A stretch of DNA of 64,000 nucleotides, taken from Clostridium sp. CAG:793 (GTDB lineage: Bacteria; Bacillota; Clostridia; TANB77; CAG-508). Under the pieces are notes generated by a model. That model had not been told where the DNA came from. It saw only the letters and a program-made list of their open reading frames with translations, and did not search any database. Within the stretch, counting starts at the first letter, position 1, and the number at the start of each line of letters is the position of its first letter. A program made the position numbers and the translations under genes. Below are positions 9,217-18,623 of this stretch, in pieces. The stretch is from assembly GCA_000433915.1 (NCBI GenBank), contig HF993636.1, forward strand, positions 2,838 through 66,837, read 5' to 3'.

Positions 9217-10998
9217 CTACTTATTTATTGCAAGTGAATTTTGTTCAATTATTTTTTTCATTTCTTCTTGTCTTTTTACTTTTTTGGTTGTAGTTTTTAT
9301 TAGTTCTTCATCTGTTAATATTAATTTTTGTATATGTTTATATCTAGGAAATGTTGTATTAAGTTCTTTGATTTTATTCCACATAATATTGTAAATCTCT
9401 TTTTCATCTATATTTCCATATTTCTTTTTAACTTCTTCTTTATCATATACTACTTTTACTGATAATTTGACATCATCTTTATCTTTCTCATCTGGCAAAC
9501 CAAATACCATACATTCACTGACACATTCTATTCTGCCAACTAAAGTTTCCAATTCTTCTGGAAATACTTTTTTGCCGTTTTTTAATACAATCAAATTTTT
9601 ATTTCTACCTGTAATAAATAAAAATCCATCTTTATCTATATATCCCAAATCTCCTGTATAAAACCAGCCATTTTTTAATACTTCTGCTGTAGTTTCTGGC
9701 ATCTCGTAATATCCCAGCATAACATTTGGGCCTTTTACTCTAATCTCTCCTATGCCTTCTTCATCTTTATTTACTATTTCTATTTTATCATTTATCATTG
9801 GTTTTCCTACAGAACCATTGCGTATATTCCAATTGTTTTCGGCGCAAATTACTGGTGAAGTTTCACTTAATCCATACCCTTGAACAGTTTTAATTCCTAG
9901 ATCATTAAATCCTTTTGAAATTAATGGATCAGCTGGTGCTCCACCTGATATTATAAGTCTTAGTTCTCCTCCTAAAGCATCTATAACTGACTTGAATAAT
10001 TTTCTTCTAACATCGATATGAATTTTTCTAAGCATATTACTAATTTTTATTGCATTTTTTATTAATTTTGTTTTTCCCTGCTTATTTACTTCTTTCATTA
10101 TTGTTTTGTATATAGCTTCAACTAATACCGGAACGCCGACAAATAATGTAACTTTGTATTCATTTAAATTTTGTTTTATGTATCTTAATCCATCTGGAAA
10201 TACTGTTTTTACACCACATGCTAGCATTACTATCATACATGTAGATCCAAATATATGGTGAAATGGTAAAAATGCTATATTAGTATCATTAGGTCTTATG
10301 TCTTCTACTTTTTGCATTGCATATATATTTGATACTATGTTTTTTTGTGATAACATTACTGCTTTTGATTTTGATGTTGTTCCAGATGTGAATAATAATA
10401 TGCTCATTTTGTTATTGTCTATTTTGACATTATCATATTCTTTCTCTTTTTGCATATATTTTGAATTTTTGTTTTTCTTGTATTCTTTTCCTTTGTTTAT
10501 TATTTCTGGTATACTTAAAAATCCTTGTTCATTTTCATTCATACAAATAAATGTGCAAATATTAGTTTTATTGTTTTCTTGTATTTTTAATATTTGAGGT
10601 GTTAACTTTTGATCAAATACTATGCACTCGGCTTTGCTTCTTATTAATGAATTTTCTAATTCATCATATTGTAAATCTTTATCTAATGGTACTGATACTA
10701 TTCCTCCTAATTGGTTTGCTAAATGTGTTACTACCCAGGCATATTGATTTTTTCCAATTATAGCAGTTCTTTTATTCTCTAGTCCCATTATATAGAACAT
10801 TATTCCAAGATTATGTATATCTTCTGATAGTTTTTCGTAAGTTATATTAGTTTTTGTTCCGTCTTTTTCTTTTATTACAAATGCTGTATTTTCCTTATAT
10901 TTTTTTGTTGATTCTTTTATTATTTCTTTAAAATTATTGTACTCTTTTGCTTTAAACATCTTTTCTTTCATATCTTTTTCCTTTACTTCGTCAGCCAT
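9217..10998 (-). CDS. AMP-dependent long-chain acyl-CoA synthetase/ligase
   Basis: 593 aa. AMP-binding motif LLFTSGTTSKSKAVMLSQKN, GYGLSETSP, YTGDLGYIDKDGFLFITGRNKNLI. Confidence 0.88.
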   Translation of the reverse strand: MADEVKEKDMKEKMFKAKEYNNFKEIIKESTKKYKENTAFVIKEKDGTKTNITYEKLSEDIHNLGIMFYIMGLENKRTAIIGKNQYAWVVTHLANQLGGIVSVPLDKDLQYDELENSLIRSKAECIVFDQKLTPQILKIQENNKTNICTFICMNENEQGFLSIPEIINKGKEYKKNKNSKYMQKEKEYDNVKIDNNKMSILLFTSGTTSKSKAVMLSQKNIVSNIYAMQKVEDIRPNDTNIAFLPFHHIFGSTCMIVMLACGVKTVFPDGLRYIKQNLNEYKVTLFVGVPVLVEAIYKTIMKEVNKQGKTKLIKNAIKISNMLRKIHIDVRRKLFKSVIDALGGELRLIISGGAPADPLISKGFNDLGIKTVQGYGLSETSPVICAENNWNIRNGSVGKPMINDKIEIVNKDEEGIGEIRVKGPNVMLGYYEMPETTAEVLKNGWFYTGDLGYIDKDGFLFITGRNKNLIVLKNGKKVFPEELETLVGRIECVSECMVFGLPDEKDKDDVKLSVKVVYDKEEVKKKYGNIDEKEIYNIMWNKIKELNTTFPRYKHIQKLILTDEELIKTTTKKVKRQEEMKKIIEQNSLAINK

Positions 10999-11078
10999 TG
11001 TTAAAATGTAGCTTAACTCTTCATGTTATTTTACCATAGTATTTATATTTTGAATATTAGACCGCTCAGTCGGTACAA

Positions 11079-11780
11079 TTATTCTTTTATTTCTTTTGCA
11101 AGTTTGTTTATTGCTTTAGTTTCTATTCTTGAAACATACGATCTTGATATTCCCATTTCTTTTGCTATTTCATGCTGAGTTTGCGGCTCTGCTCCGTTTA
11201 ATCCAAATCTTAATTCTAAAATAGTTCTCTCTCTTTCTTGCAAACTACTTTTTATTTTTTCATATAATTTTTTTATTCTTAATTTTAGTTCAATTTCTTC
11301 TTCTATTGGTTTATCATCATTTTCTAGTATCTCTTTTAATGTTATTGTATTATCATCTTTGTCTTTTCCTATTGGATCTTCTAAATAAACTTCTGAATTT
11401 AATTTTTTTATAGATCTAAGATACATTAGTATTTCATTATCAATACATTTTGATATGTATGTTGATAATTTAATATTTTTATGTACATCATAACTGTTTA
11501 TTCCTTTTATTAATCCTATTGAACCTATTGATATTAAGTCATCTTGATCAACATTTGAATTTGCATATTTTTTGCACACATGTGCTACTAGTCGTAAGTT
11601 ATGTTCTATTAAAATATTCCTTGCTTCCTCATCCCCTTTGCTCATCATTTGTATGTATTTCTTTTCTTCTTCACTGCTTAAAGCTTCTGGAAACAAGCTA
11701 TTATTGGCTATGTAACCAACAGCAAATGTCCCAGAACCCATAAAGGATAAAAATCCTCCAATTACTCCTCCAAGAAACAT
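11079..11780 (-). CDS. sigK: sporulation sigma factor SigK (pro-sigma-K, uninterrupted)
   Basis: 233 aa. N-terminal pro-sequence followed by NNSLFPEALSSEEEKKYIQMMSKGDEEARNILIEHNLRLVAH, IENEILMYLR and a region 4 HTH (ISRSYVSRIETKAI). Closest by eye to SigK rather than SigE. Confidence 0.85.
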   Translation of the reverse strand: MFLGGVIGGFLSFMGSGTFAVGYIANNSLFPEALSSEEEKKYIQMMSKGDEEARNILIEHNLRLVAHVCKKYANSNVDQDDLISIGSIGLIKGINSYDVHKNIKLSTYISKCIDNEILMYLRSIKKLNSEVYLEDPIGKDKDDNTITLKEILENDDKPIEEEIELKLRIKKLYEKIKSSLQERERTILELRFGLNGAEPQTQHEIAKEMGISRSYVSRIETKAINKLAKEIKE

Positions 11781-11845
11781 AAAAGCACCTCCGATTAAAC
11801 TTACATTTTATTATATGCACGTTTAATTCAGAAGTGCCTGACCTC

Positions 11846-13075
11846 TTATTTTTTTCTTCTTATCATCCAACCAGTTTCACATTTTATAGGCAAATGCATT
11901 TTTACTGATTGTCCTAATTTTCCTGGATTTACAGTTTCTATTTCTTCATCTGTTTCTGTATCCCACATTTTGTTTATAGTAAATTCTTCTGGTGTTATTC
12001 TATCTGGAATTAATATTTCCATTTTATCTCCGACATTTAGCTTGTTTCCTATCTTAAGAATTGATTTATCTTCATTATATTCTAATACTTGTGCTCCATA
12101 TTCATATTCTGGATTATATTGTTTTCCTTCATATTCTTGAAAATCTTTATTGCTTTTATCATTAAAGAAAAACTCTGTTAACCCTCTTGTTTTTACTTTT
12201 TCTAGCTCTGTTAAGTATTTGTTATAATCATATCCTTGTGGATTATTTATATAATCATCTATCGCATTTCTGTATGCATTAACAACACTTGCAACATAAT
12301 ATTCAGATTTTAGTCTACCTTCTATTTTTAAGCTGGTTACTCCCATGTCAACTATATCTGGTATTCTTCTAATTAGGCATAAATCTTTTGAAGATAGTAT
12401 ATATGTTCCATTGCTGTCATCTTCAACAGGCATTAAATTTCCTGGATTATTTTTTTCTTCTAAATATACATTATATGCCCATCTGCAACTTTGTGCACAA
12501 TCTCCTAAATTTGCGTTTCTACATGCAAGAAAATCACTTAGATAGCATCTTCCTGAATATGCCCAGCAAATTGCTCCATGTACAAATATCTCTGTTTCAA
12601 GTCCTTGTGGTATATTGTTTATAAGTTCGCGGATTTGTTCTTTGTTCATTTCTCTTGATAATATAACTCTTGATGCTCCATTTTTGTACCAAAATTTTGC
12701 TGTATGGCTACTTAAAGTATTTGCTTGTGTACTAATGTGAATTGGTATGTCTGGTGCTATCTCATGTATCATATCAACAACTCCACCGTCTGATACAATT
12801 ACGGCATCAACAGCTAATTTGTTTAACATTTCTACTTGTGATTTTATATCATCATACATATTATCTGGTGCATAGATATTAATGGTTGTATATACTTTCT
12901 TTCCTATACTATGAGCATATTTTATCGTTTTAGCTAATTCATCATTATCAACTTCTGCTCTGCTTCTTAATGACAATGCTCCTGTTCCACAATATACTGC
13001 ATCTGCTCCATATAAAAATGCTACTTTTGCTTTTTCGAAAGACCCTGCTGGGGCTAATAACTCTGGTTTATTCAT
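11846..13075 (-). CDS. U32-family peptidase (collagenase-like)
   Basis: 409 aa. N-terminus KPELLAPAGS and the U32 signature region VHGAICWAYSGRCYLS. Confidence 0.88.
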   Translation of the reverse strand: MNKPELLAPAGSFEKAKVAFLYGADAVYCGTGALSLRSRAEVDNDELAKTIKYAHSIGKKVYTTINIYAPDNMYDDIKSQVEMLNKLAVDAVIVSDGGVVDMIHEIAPDIPIHISTQANTLSSHTAKFWYKNGASRVILSREMNKEQIRELINNIPQGLETEIFVHGAICWAYSGRCYLSDFLACRNANLGDCAQSCRWAYNVYLEEKNNPGNLMPVEDDSNGTYILSSKDLCLIRRIPDIVDMGVTSLKIEGRLKSEYYVASVVNAYRNAIDDYINNPQGYDYNKYLTELEKVKTRGLTEFFFNDKSNKDFQEYEGKQYNPEYEYGAQVLEYNEDKSILKIGNKLNVGDKMEILIPDRITPEEFTINKMWDTETDEEIETVNPGKLGQSVKMHLPIKCETGWMIRRKK

Positions 13076-13150
13076 GATTTTATTTTACTATTCATTCTCC
13101 TTATTATATTTGACTTTATTATTATATCAGATTTTTGGCTAAAAATAAAG

Positions 13151-13185
13151 CCCTTATTGCCAATCTTTTTCTTTGGCAATAAGGG
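13151..13185 (-). terminator. rho-independent terminator after the flavoprotein gene
   Basis: CCCTTATTGCCAA / TTGGCAATAAGGG 13-bp stem, followed on the minus strand by CTTTATTTTT. Starts 7 nt after the stop at 13192. Confidence 0.8.
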
Positions 13186-13191
13186 TAATGT

Positions 13192-15279
13192 TTATATTGA
13201 GAAAGCTAGATCATAAGCTCCCCATATTACAGTCTTTAGATTTCCTACTTTTTCTGCATCTCCTAATAAATGTACATTTTTATGTTCTTTTAAATATTCT
13301 TCGTTTGCTAATTCTGAACCTGCTATATATCCTACTGATGTTATAACAGAATCAACTGCAAATCTTTGTGATTCTTTTTCTTTAGCTTGTTTTATTACAA
13401 TTGTTTTTGGAGTAATTTTTTCTACATTTGTTTCTGTATATACTGGAACTTCATAGAATTTCAATAAATCTCTTAAACAACTTGAGTTTGCCATACATAG
13501 TCCTTTTACTTTTAATATATCATCAGCAACTTCGATTATAATTGGATGTTTTCCCTGCTTTACTAAGTCATAAGCTATCTCACAACCTGTTAAGCCTCCT
13601 CCTATTATTGCTACTTTGTCTCCGACTTCTTTATATCCTCTTAAATATTCTATTGCTTCTACTGTTGTTTCATTATTAGCACCTTCAATATTTAAAGTTC
13701 TTGGTTTGGCACCTGTTGCTATTATTATCTCATCTGCTTCAATTTCTGATAAATCATCTATTTCTCTATTAAAGTCAATGTCTATTTGAAGTTCAATTGC
13801 CTTTCTTTTATACCATTCAATTAATTGTTTGTCTTTTTCTTTAAATGATGGTGCTGCAGCTGCTTTGAACACTCCGCATACTTCATTTGATTTTTCATAA
13901 ATTTTTACTTGATGTCCACGTTGTTTTAATATGAATGCTGCTGTTAATCCAGCAATTCCAGCTCCTATTATTGCAACTTTCTTTGGTTCATCTGTTTTTG
14001 TTATTGTGTATTTCTTTTCATTAAATGTGCGAGGATTTAATGCACAATGTCCTTGATTCTTTGTTCCATCTTCTGTCATCTCACAACCAACACCTTTATA
14101 ATGATATGTTGGCAAACATGCATTATGGCAAGAGATACAAGGTAATACATCTTCTATTCTATCTTCTTTTATTTTTGTTATGTATTCTGGATCTGCTAAG
14201 AATTGTCTTGCAATTCCCATTCCATCTAATTTTCCTTCTTCTATAGCTTTGGCAGCAGTGTCAGCTTGCATTCTTCCTGCACATACTACTGGAATTGTAA
14301 CGGCTTTCTTTATTTCTTCTGCTTCATTTAAGTTACAGTTTAAAGGCATATACATTGGTGGATGTGCCCAATACCAAGCATCATAAGTTCCATTATCTGC
14401 GTTTAGCATATCATATCCTGCGTCTTGTAGATATTTTGCTGCTTTTATTCCTTCTTTTAAATCTCTTCCTACTTCTTTATATTTGGTTTCTCCTGGTACT
14501 GCACCTTGTCCAAATCCTTTAGTCTTAGATGTAACTGAAAATCTTACTGATACTGGATAATCGCTTCCACAAGCTTCTTTTATTGCTTTTACAACTTCTA
14601 CTGCAAATCTATATCTATTTTCGAAAGATCCGCCATACTCATCTTTTCTCTTGTTTGTATATTTCGTTGTAAATTGGTCTAATAAATATCCTTCATGTAT
14701 TGCATGGACTTCTACTCCATCGACTCCTGCTTCCTTGCATAATAGTGCTGTTTTTGCATAAGCATCAACATATTCATGAATTTCATTTGTTGTCATTGCT
14801 CTATGCATTATCTCTGGTAACCATCTATTAGGCTCTTCTGATGGAGCAACAAGTAAATCATTAAAATTAAATAATGGTTTTGCTAATACTTTTAAGAATT
14901 TACTTTCATACATTTGTTTTAATATTAATGGCATGGTAAAAGATCTTCCCCAACCTGCACCTAATTGGAAGAATACTTTTGAACCATAGCTATGAATTTC
15001 ATCTATTAATGGTTTTGCTTTTAAAAATTCTTTTTCTTGCTTATATGCCCACTTATTTCCCATCATGCTTTTTAATAAAATCATTCCTGGAATTATAAGT
15101 CCTATATCATTTTTAGCTCTTTCTATATAATAATCATGAACTTTTTCTCCATTGTATTTTGCTTTTGCCATACCGTCTACTATATTAGTACCTTCCATTG
15201 GCTCTAACACAAATCTGTTCTTTATCTCTAGTTTTCCTATGTTCATTGGTTTAAACAATGCTTCATATTTTGGGTTCAT
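13192..15279 (-). CDS. NADH:flavin oxidoreductase of the enoate/2,4-dienoyl-CoA reductase type (OYE-like FMN domain + Fe-S Cys cluster + FAD/NAD(P) domain)
   Basis: OYE-like N-terminal half (FVLEPMEG, HAIHEGYLLDQF), Cys cluster CISCHNAC, and two Rossmann motifs (VAIIGAGIAGLTAA, VAIIGGGLTGCE). Start moved to the ATG at 15279 (MNPKYEALFKP) with AGAGGA upstream. The track start at 15345 adds 22 unlikely residues. Confidence 0.85.
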   Translation of the reverse strand: MNPKYEALFKPMNIGKLEIKNRFVLEPMEGTNIVDGMAKAKYNGEKVHDYYIERAKNDIGLIIPGMILLKSMMGNKWAYKQEKEFLKAKPLIDEIHSYGSKVFFQLGAGWGRSFTMPLILKQMYESKFLKVLAKPLFNFNDLLVAPSEEPNRWLPEIMHRAMTTNEIHEYVDAYAKTALLCKEAGVDGVEVHAIHEGYLLDQFTTKYTNKRKDEYGGSFENRYRFAVEVVKAIKEACGSDYPVSVRFSVTSKTKGFGQGAVPGETKYKEVGRDLKEGIKAAKYLQDAGYDMLNADNGTYDAWYWAHPPMYMPLNCNLNEAEEIKKAVTIPVVCAGRMQADTAAKAIEEGKLDGMGIARQFLADPEYITKIKEDRIEDVLPCISCHNACLPTYHYKGVGCEMTEDGTKNQGHCALNPRTFNEKKYTITKTDEPKKVAIIGAGIAGLTAAFILKQRGHQVKIYEKSNEVCGVFKAAAAPSFKEKDKQLIEWYKRKAIELQIDIDFNREIDDLSEIEADEIIIATGAKPRTLNIEGANNETTVEAIEYLRGYKEVGDKVAIIGGGLTGCEIAYDLVKQGKHPIIIEVADDILKVKGLCMANSSCLRDLLKFYEVPVYTETNVEKITPKTIVIKQAKEKESQRFAVDSVITSVGYIAGSELANEEYLKEHKNVHLLGDAEKVGNLKTVIWGAYDLAFSI

Positions 15280-15352
15280 TTTTATATCATCCTCTTTCGT
15301 GTTCCTGTTTTTCTTAATAATATCATACTGATTTTTAATTATCAATATTTTT

Positions 15353-16486
15353 CTATAATTCTATATCATCTTTATTTATTGGATTGTTTCTATCTGCTGT
15401 TCCTACTATCTTGTTGTTATCATTTTGTATTATATCTGTAATTTCTTTTTTAGATTTTTTCTGGAATTTCTGACTTTCATTTGAATACATATAATATGTG
15501 TTTTGTCCATTAGGTTCTTTTGCAAATGGCTTTACTTTTATTATTGAAACGAGATCATGCACATTTCCATTTCTAGCTATTGTGTATGATTTTAGTCTTG
15601 CAAATTCTTCTGGCTTTAGCACAGTACCTGCGACTTGCATATACATTCTTATCATATCGAGATAATTTATTCTTCCTTGTTTATCTATTATTCCATCCAT
15701 GTTGTCTGCTAAATAGTCTAATTTATATATTAATCTTTCACTCTCTGGTACATCTTCTCTTTTAAACACATACTCTTTTAGCAAATTTTCATCATTCATT
15801 TCTTTTTGAAGCTGAATTAATGTATCTGATAAATATATATTTTTTCCTTTTGTGCGTAATGTGTATCCTAATTTTGAATCCATTTTCTCTAATTCATCAG
15901 CTGGAATAGTGTCAATCTTACCATATTTTTCTTCTAGATTAAATTTATATAATTCATTATCGATTCTTACTGCTTTTCTTACGCCTTCCGGATCTACTTC
16001 ATATCCAAATTTTTTTGTTTTTTCATGTGATTTTATTCTGCTTAAATCTGCAATTATGTTTGCAATGTATGTTTTTCCATTAATTTTCATTATTGTATCA
16101 ACATGTGAAAGCTCTGCTCCTGGATATTTCATTACTGTTTCAGCTTCAATCCCCACTCTTGGATCTGTTAATATATCTACATACAGCTCAGCCATTGATT
16201 TACATATTCCTTCAAATCTATCATCTACTCTTTGATTGTAATCTCTGACTTTTTCTTCTCGTGTTGAATAAATAAATTCTTGACTTTCGCATAATTCTTT
16301 TCCTAATTCCAGATAAACATAATATGCTTTTTCCATTTGTGTTAAGTTTTCTGGCATTTTTTCTATTATATGTTCTATTCTTTCTTCTTTTGTTGGCGGA
16401 GTAGGCTTTTTCTCTTCTTTCGGAGCTTCTAGTTGTAATAACTTTTTTCTGCCTAATAACGCATTTATTATATCTTTTATTTTCAT
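15353..16486 (-). CDS. hypothetical protein; possible transglutaminase-like Cys-His-Asp core
   Basis: 377-aa ORF with no competing frame. GICKSMAELYVDIL ... SHVDTIMKINGKTYIANIIADL has the spacing of a transglutaminase-like catalytic triad. The function call is weak. Confidence 0.6.
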   Translation of the reverse strand: MKIKDIINALLGRKKLLQLEAPKEEKKPTPPTKEERIEHIIEKMPENLTQMEKAYYVYLELGKELCESQEFIYSTREEKVRDYNQRVDDRFEGICKSMAELYVDILTDPRVGIEAETVMKYPGAELSHVDTIMKINGKTYIANIIADLSRIKSHEKTKKFGYEVDPEGVRKAVRIDNELYKFNLEEKYGKIDTIPADELEKMDSKLGYTLRTKGKNIYLSDTLIQLQKEMNDENLLKEYVFKREDVPESERLIYKLDYLADNMDGIIDKQGRINYLDMIRMYMQVAGTVLKPEEFARLKSYTIARNGNVHDLVSIIKVKPFAKEPNGQNTYYMYSNESQKFQKKSKKEITDIIQNDNNKIVGTADRNNPINKDDIEL

Positions 16487-16546
16487 TTTTTACCTCTTAT
16501 GGAGATAATTATATCATAGTGATTCTTAAAATGAAATATTAATTTA

Positions 16547-17338
16547 CTATTTATGAATACTAATATGTATATCATTTATATCTGCTTTAAATTCTCTTGA
16601 AATTATATTAGATATTTGCGCTACTTGCTCTGTTTTTAGATTTTCATTTTGTTTTACAACAACATTTATGTTGTTATCGTTTAAAAGGATTACAACATCA
16701 CTAAAATTCTTCGTTTTTATTAAATTTTCTGCTATTGATATTGCATTTTTTCGATTATTGATATTTTTTATTTCTTCACTTGATATTTGTTTTTGATCTG
16801 AACTTATTTTCTCATTTTCAAGTATTTTCTGATATGTTTCTAACATCTGAGAATACATTGTGTCTCTTTCTAATCTGGTTTGTGTAAAGTAATCTGAACT
16901 TGCTGCTGTTTCCTGCGCTGTTTCATTTTTTTCTTGCAAATAGATAATATCATTTGTTTCTTTAGCATTATCATCTTCTATTCTTACATCATTTTCATAT
17001 ACATTTGTGCTTACTAGTTGTGCATCTCCTACTTCTGCAAATTCATTACCTTCAGTTTGGTTATTTGTATAGTTTAAATATCCTGCTGTTACAAACATTA
17101 GAGCAAGTGTAAGTATTACTATCTGATTTTTCTTAAATATTGTTGAGAATATTTCTTTTCTCTCTTCCTTTTTTTCTGATTCATTTTTATTATTTTGATT
17201 TAAATATCTATTTATATATTCTGAATTAACTTCTATGGCATTTTCTGCTTCGTGTTTTTTCTCTGGCTTAAATTTTAATTTTTCTAAAAGACTTTTTTTC
17301 TTTAGCCTTTTTCCTGTTTTTATGTATGTAATCCTCAT
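16547..17338 (-). CDS. spoIIIAH: stage III sporulation protein AH
   Basis: Last gene of the spoIIIA array. N-terminal TM segment. C-terminus ...VVILLNDNNINVVVKQNENLKTEQVAQISNIISREF resembles the SpoIIIAH YscJ-like domain. Confidence 0.8.
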   Translation of the reverse strand: MRITYIKTGKRLKKKSLLEKLKFKPEKKHEAENAIEVNSEYINRYLNQNNKNESEKKEERKEIFSTIFKKNQIVILTLALMFVTAGYLNYTNNQTEGNEFAEVGDAQLVSTNVYENDVRIEDDNAKETNDIIYLQEKNETAQETAASSDYFTQTRLERDTMYSQMLETYQKILENEKISSDQKQISSEEIKNINNRKNAISIAENLIKTKNFSDVVILLNDNNINVVVKQNENLKTEQVAQISNIISREFKADINDIHISIHK

Positions 17339-17947
17339 TCAATTATCCTCCATCTTAAAGACTTGTATCTTATGTGTTGCGAGTCCTGTTGCCGCTTCAA
17401 CAGCTTGAATAATATTGGCTTTTATTGTTGCATTACTTGCACCTTGTGCAGCAATTATTGCACCTTCTATTTTGGGACTTATTATGCTTTGAGTAACTGG
17501 CTCTTTGCTTCCATCCTTGTTTTCTTTATAGATTACTTCTTTTTGAGAGTTTACCTCTGTCGTTGTTCTAGTTCCACCACCACTATCTGTTTCATTTATG
17601 TTGCTTGTTTTAGAATCCTCATTATATACAGGATTTATTGTGCTTGTTTCTGAATATGTTATCATCACTCTTACTTTTCCTACTCCAGAGATATGTGATA
17701 ATATGTCTTCTAGCTTTGTTTCTATTTCGTTTTGACTTACCTCTGCTGATACTTGAACTGCATTAGTCTCTATTTTTTTAGTTTCTTTTACATTATTATC
17801 TCCACTATCTTTCCATATATAATTTATTGCAACAGCTGTTATTATTAATATTACTATTAGAACTATAATGTTCTCAGTTCTTTTCTTACCTTTAAACATA
17901 TTTTTTAGTTTATCATTCATTATTACGGCCTCCATTTTGTTATTCAA
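17339..17947 (-). CDS. spoIIIAG: stage III sporulation protein AG
   Basis: 202 aa with one N-terminal TM segment. C-terminal ...SPKIEGAIIAAQGASNATIKANIIQAVEAATGLATHKIQVF is typical of SpoIIIAG. Position in operon. Confidence 0.85.
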   Translation of the reverse strand: MNNKMEAVIMNDKLKNMFKGKKRTENIIVLIVILIITAVAINYIWKDSGDNNVKETKKIETNAVQVSAEVSQNEIETKLEDILSHISGVGKVRVMITYSETSTINPVYNEDSKTSNINETDSGGGTRTTTEVNSQKEVIYKENKDGSKEPVTQSIISPKIEGAIIAAQGASNATIKANIIQAVEAATGLATHKIQVFKMEDN

Positions 17948-18500
17948 TAATTATTTTGGACTTATCTATTTTATATGTTTCACTAAGATGTTCTATTATT
18001 GTCAGTTTATCACTAGTTGCTATTCCTTTCACCTTTTCTTCTTTTTCGGTATTTTGATTAATTTCTATTTTTACTTGGTTTATTTCTCTGCTTTCTTTTG
18101 AGTATTCTTCTAGCTGGCTTATTTCTATTTTATTAATATTGCATTCATCATCTGTTTGGATATTGATTGTTTCCGCTTCATATCCTTTTGCTTTTAACTC
18201 TGCTGTTATATTGTTTTTTACTTTGCTTATAAATAGTTGTTTTACATTATCATTATATTGAGTTGTATTATTTTGAGATTCTACTTCTGCCATGCTTGGT
18301 ATATATTGATTTAAATCGTATTTTGATAAATCTATTTTTTTGCCTAACACTGGTGTTAATATTGTAAATAATATATATACTCCAATTATCATTTTTATGT
18401 ATTTCTTATTTTTTCCTTCTGGAAGTATCATTGTTATTATTGAACCTATTACTATTGCAATTATTATACTTTGTGACCATTTACTAATTGCTGATATCAT
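17940..18500 (-). CDS. spoIIIAF: stage III sporulation protein AF
   Basis: 186 aa with two N-terminal TM helices. AGGAGG 7 nt upstream of the ATG. Position between AE and AG. Confidence 0.8.
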   Translation of the reverse strand: MISAISKWSQSIIIAIVIGSIITMILPEGKNKKYIKMIIGVYILFTILTPVLGKKIDLSKYDLNQYIPSMAEVESQNNTTQYNDNVKQLFISKVKNNITAELKAKGYEAETINIQTDDECNINKIEISQLEEYSKESREINQVKIEINQNTEKEEKVKGIATSDKLTIIEHLSETYKIDKSKIIIE

Positions 18501-18509
18501 ACAGCCTCC

Positions 18510-18623
18510 TTATTGATACATTAATCCGCTATTTGATAATTTCATTACTATTGCAATTCCTATTATAATCATTGCCACTATTGCACACATTATCGCAAGA
18601 AATATTTTAAATGTTCCTGCCAT
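18510..18623 (-). other. out-of-frame 37-codon segment encoding what looks like the missing C-terminal TM helix of SpoIIIAE
   Basis: Own translation of the adjacent frame: (GLIEQ)MAGTFKIFLAIMCAIVAMIIIGIAIVMKLSNSGLMYQ*. It ends just before the spoIIIAF RBS. This frame is open from 18641 downward. Confidence 0.6.
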
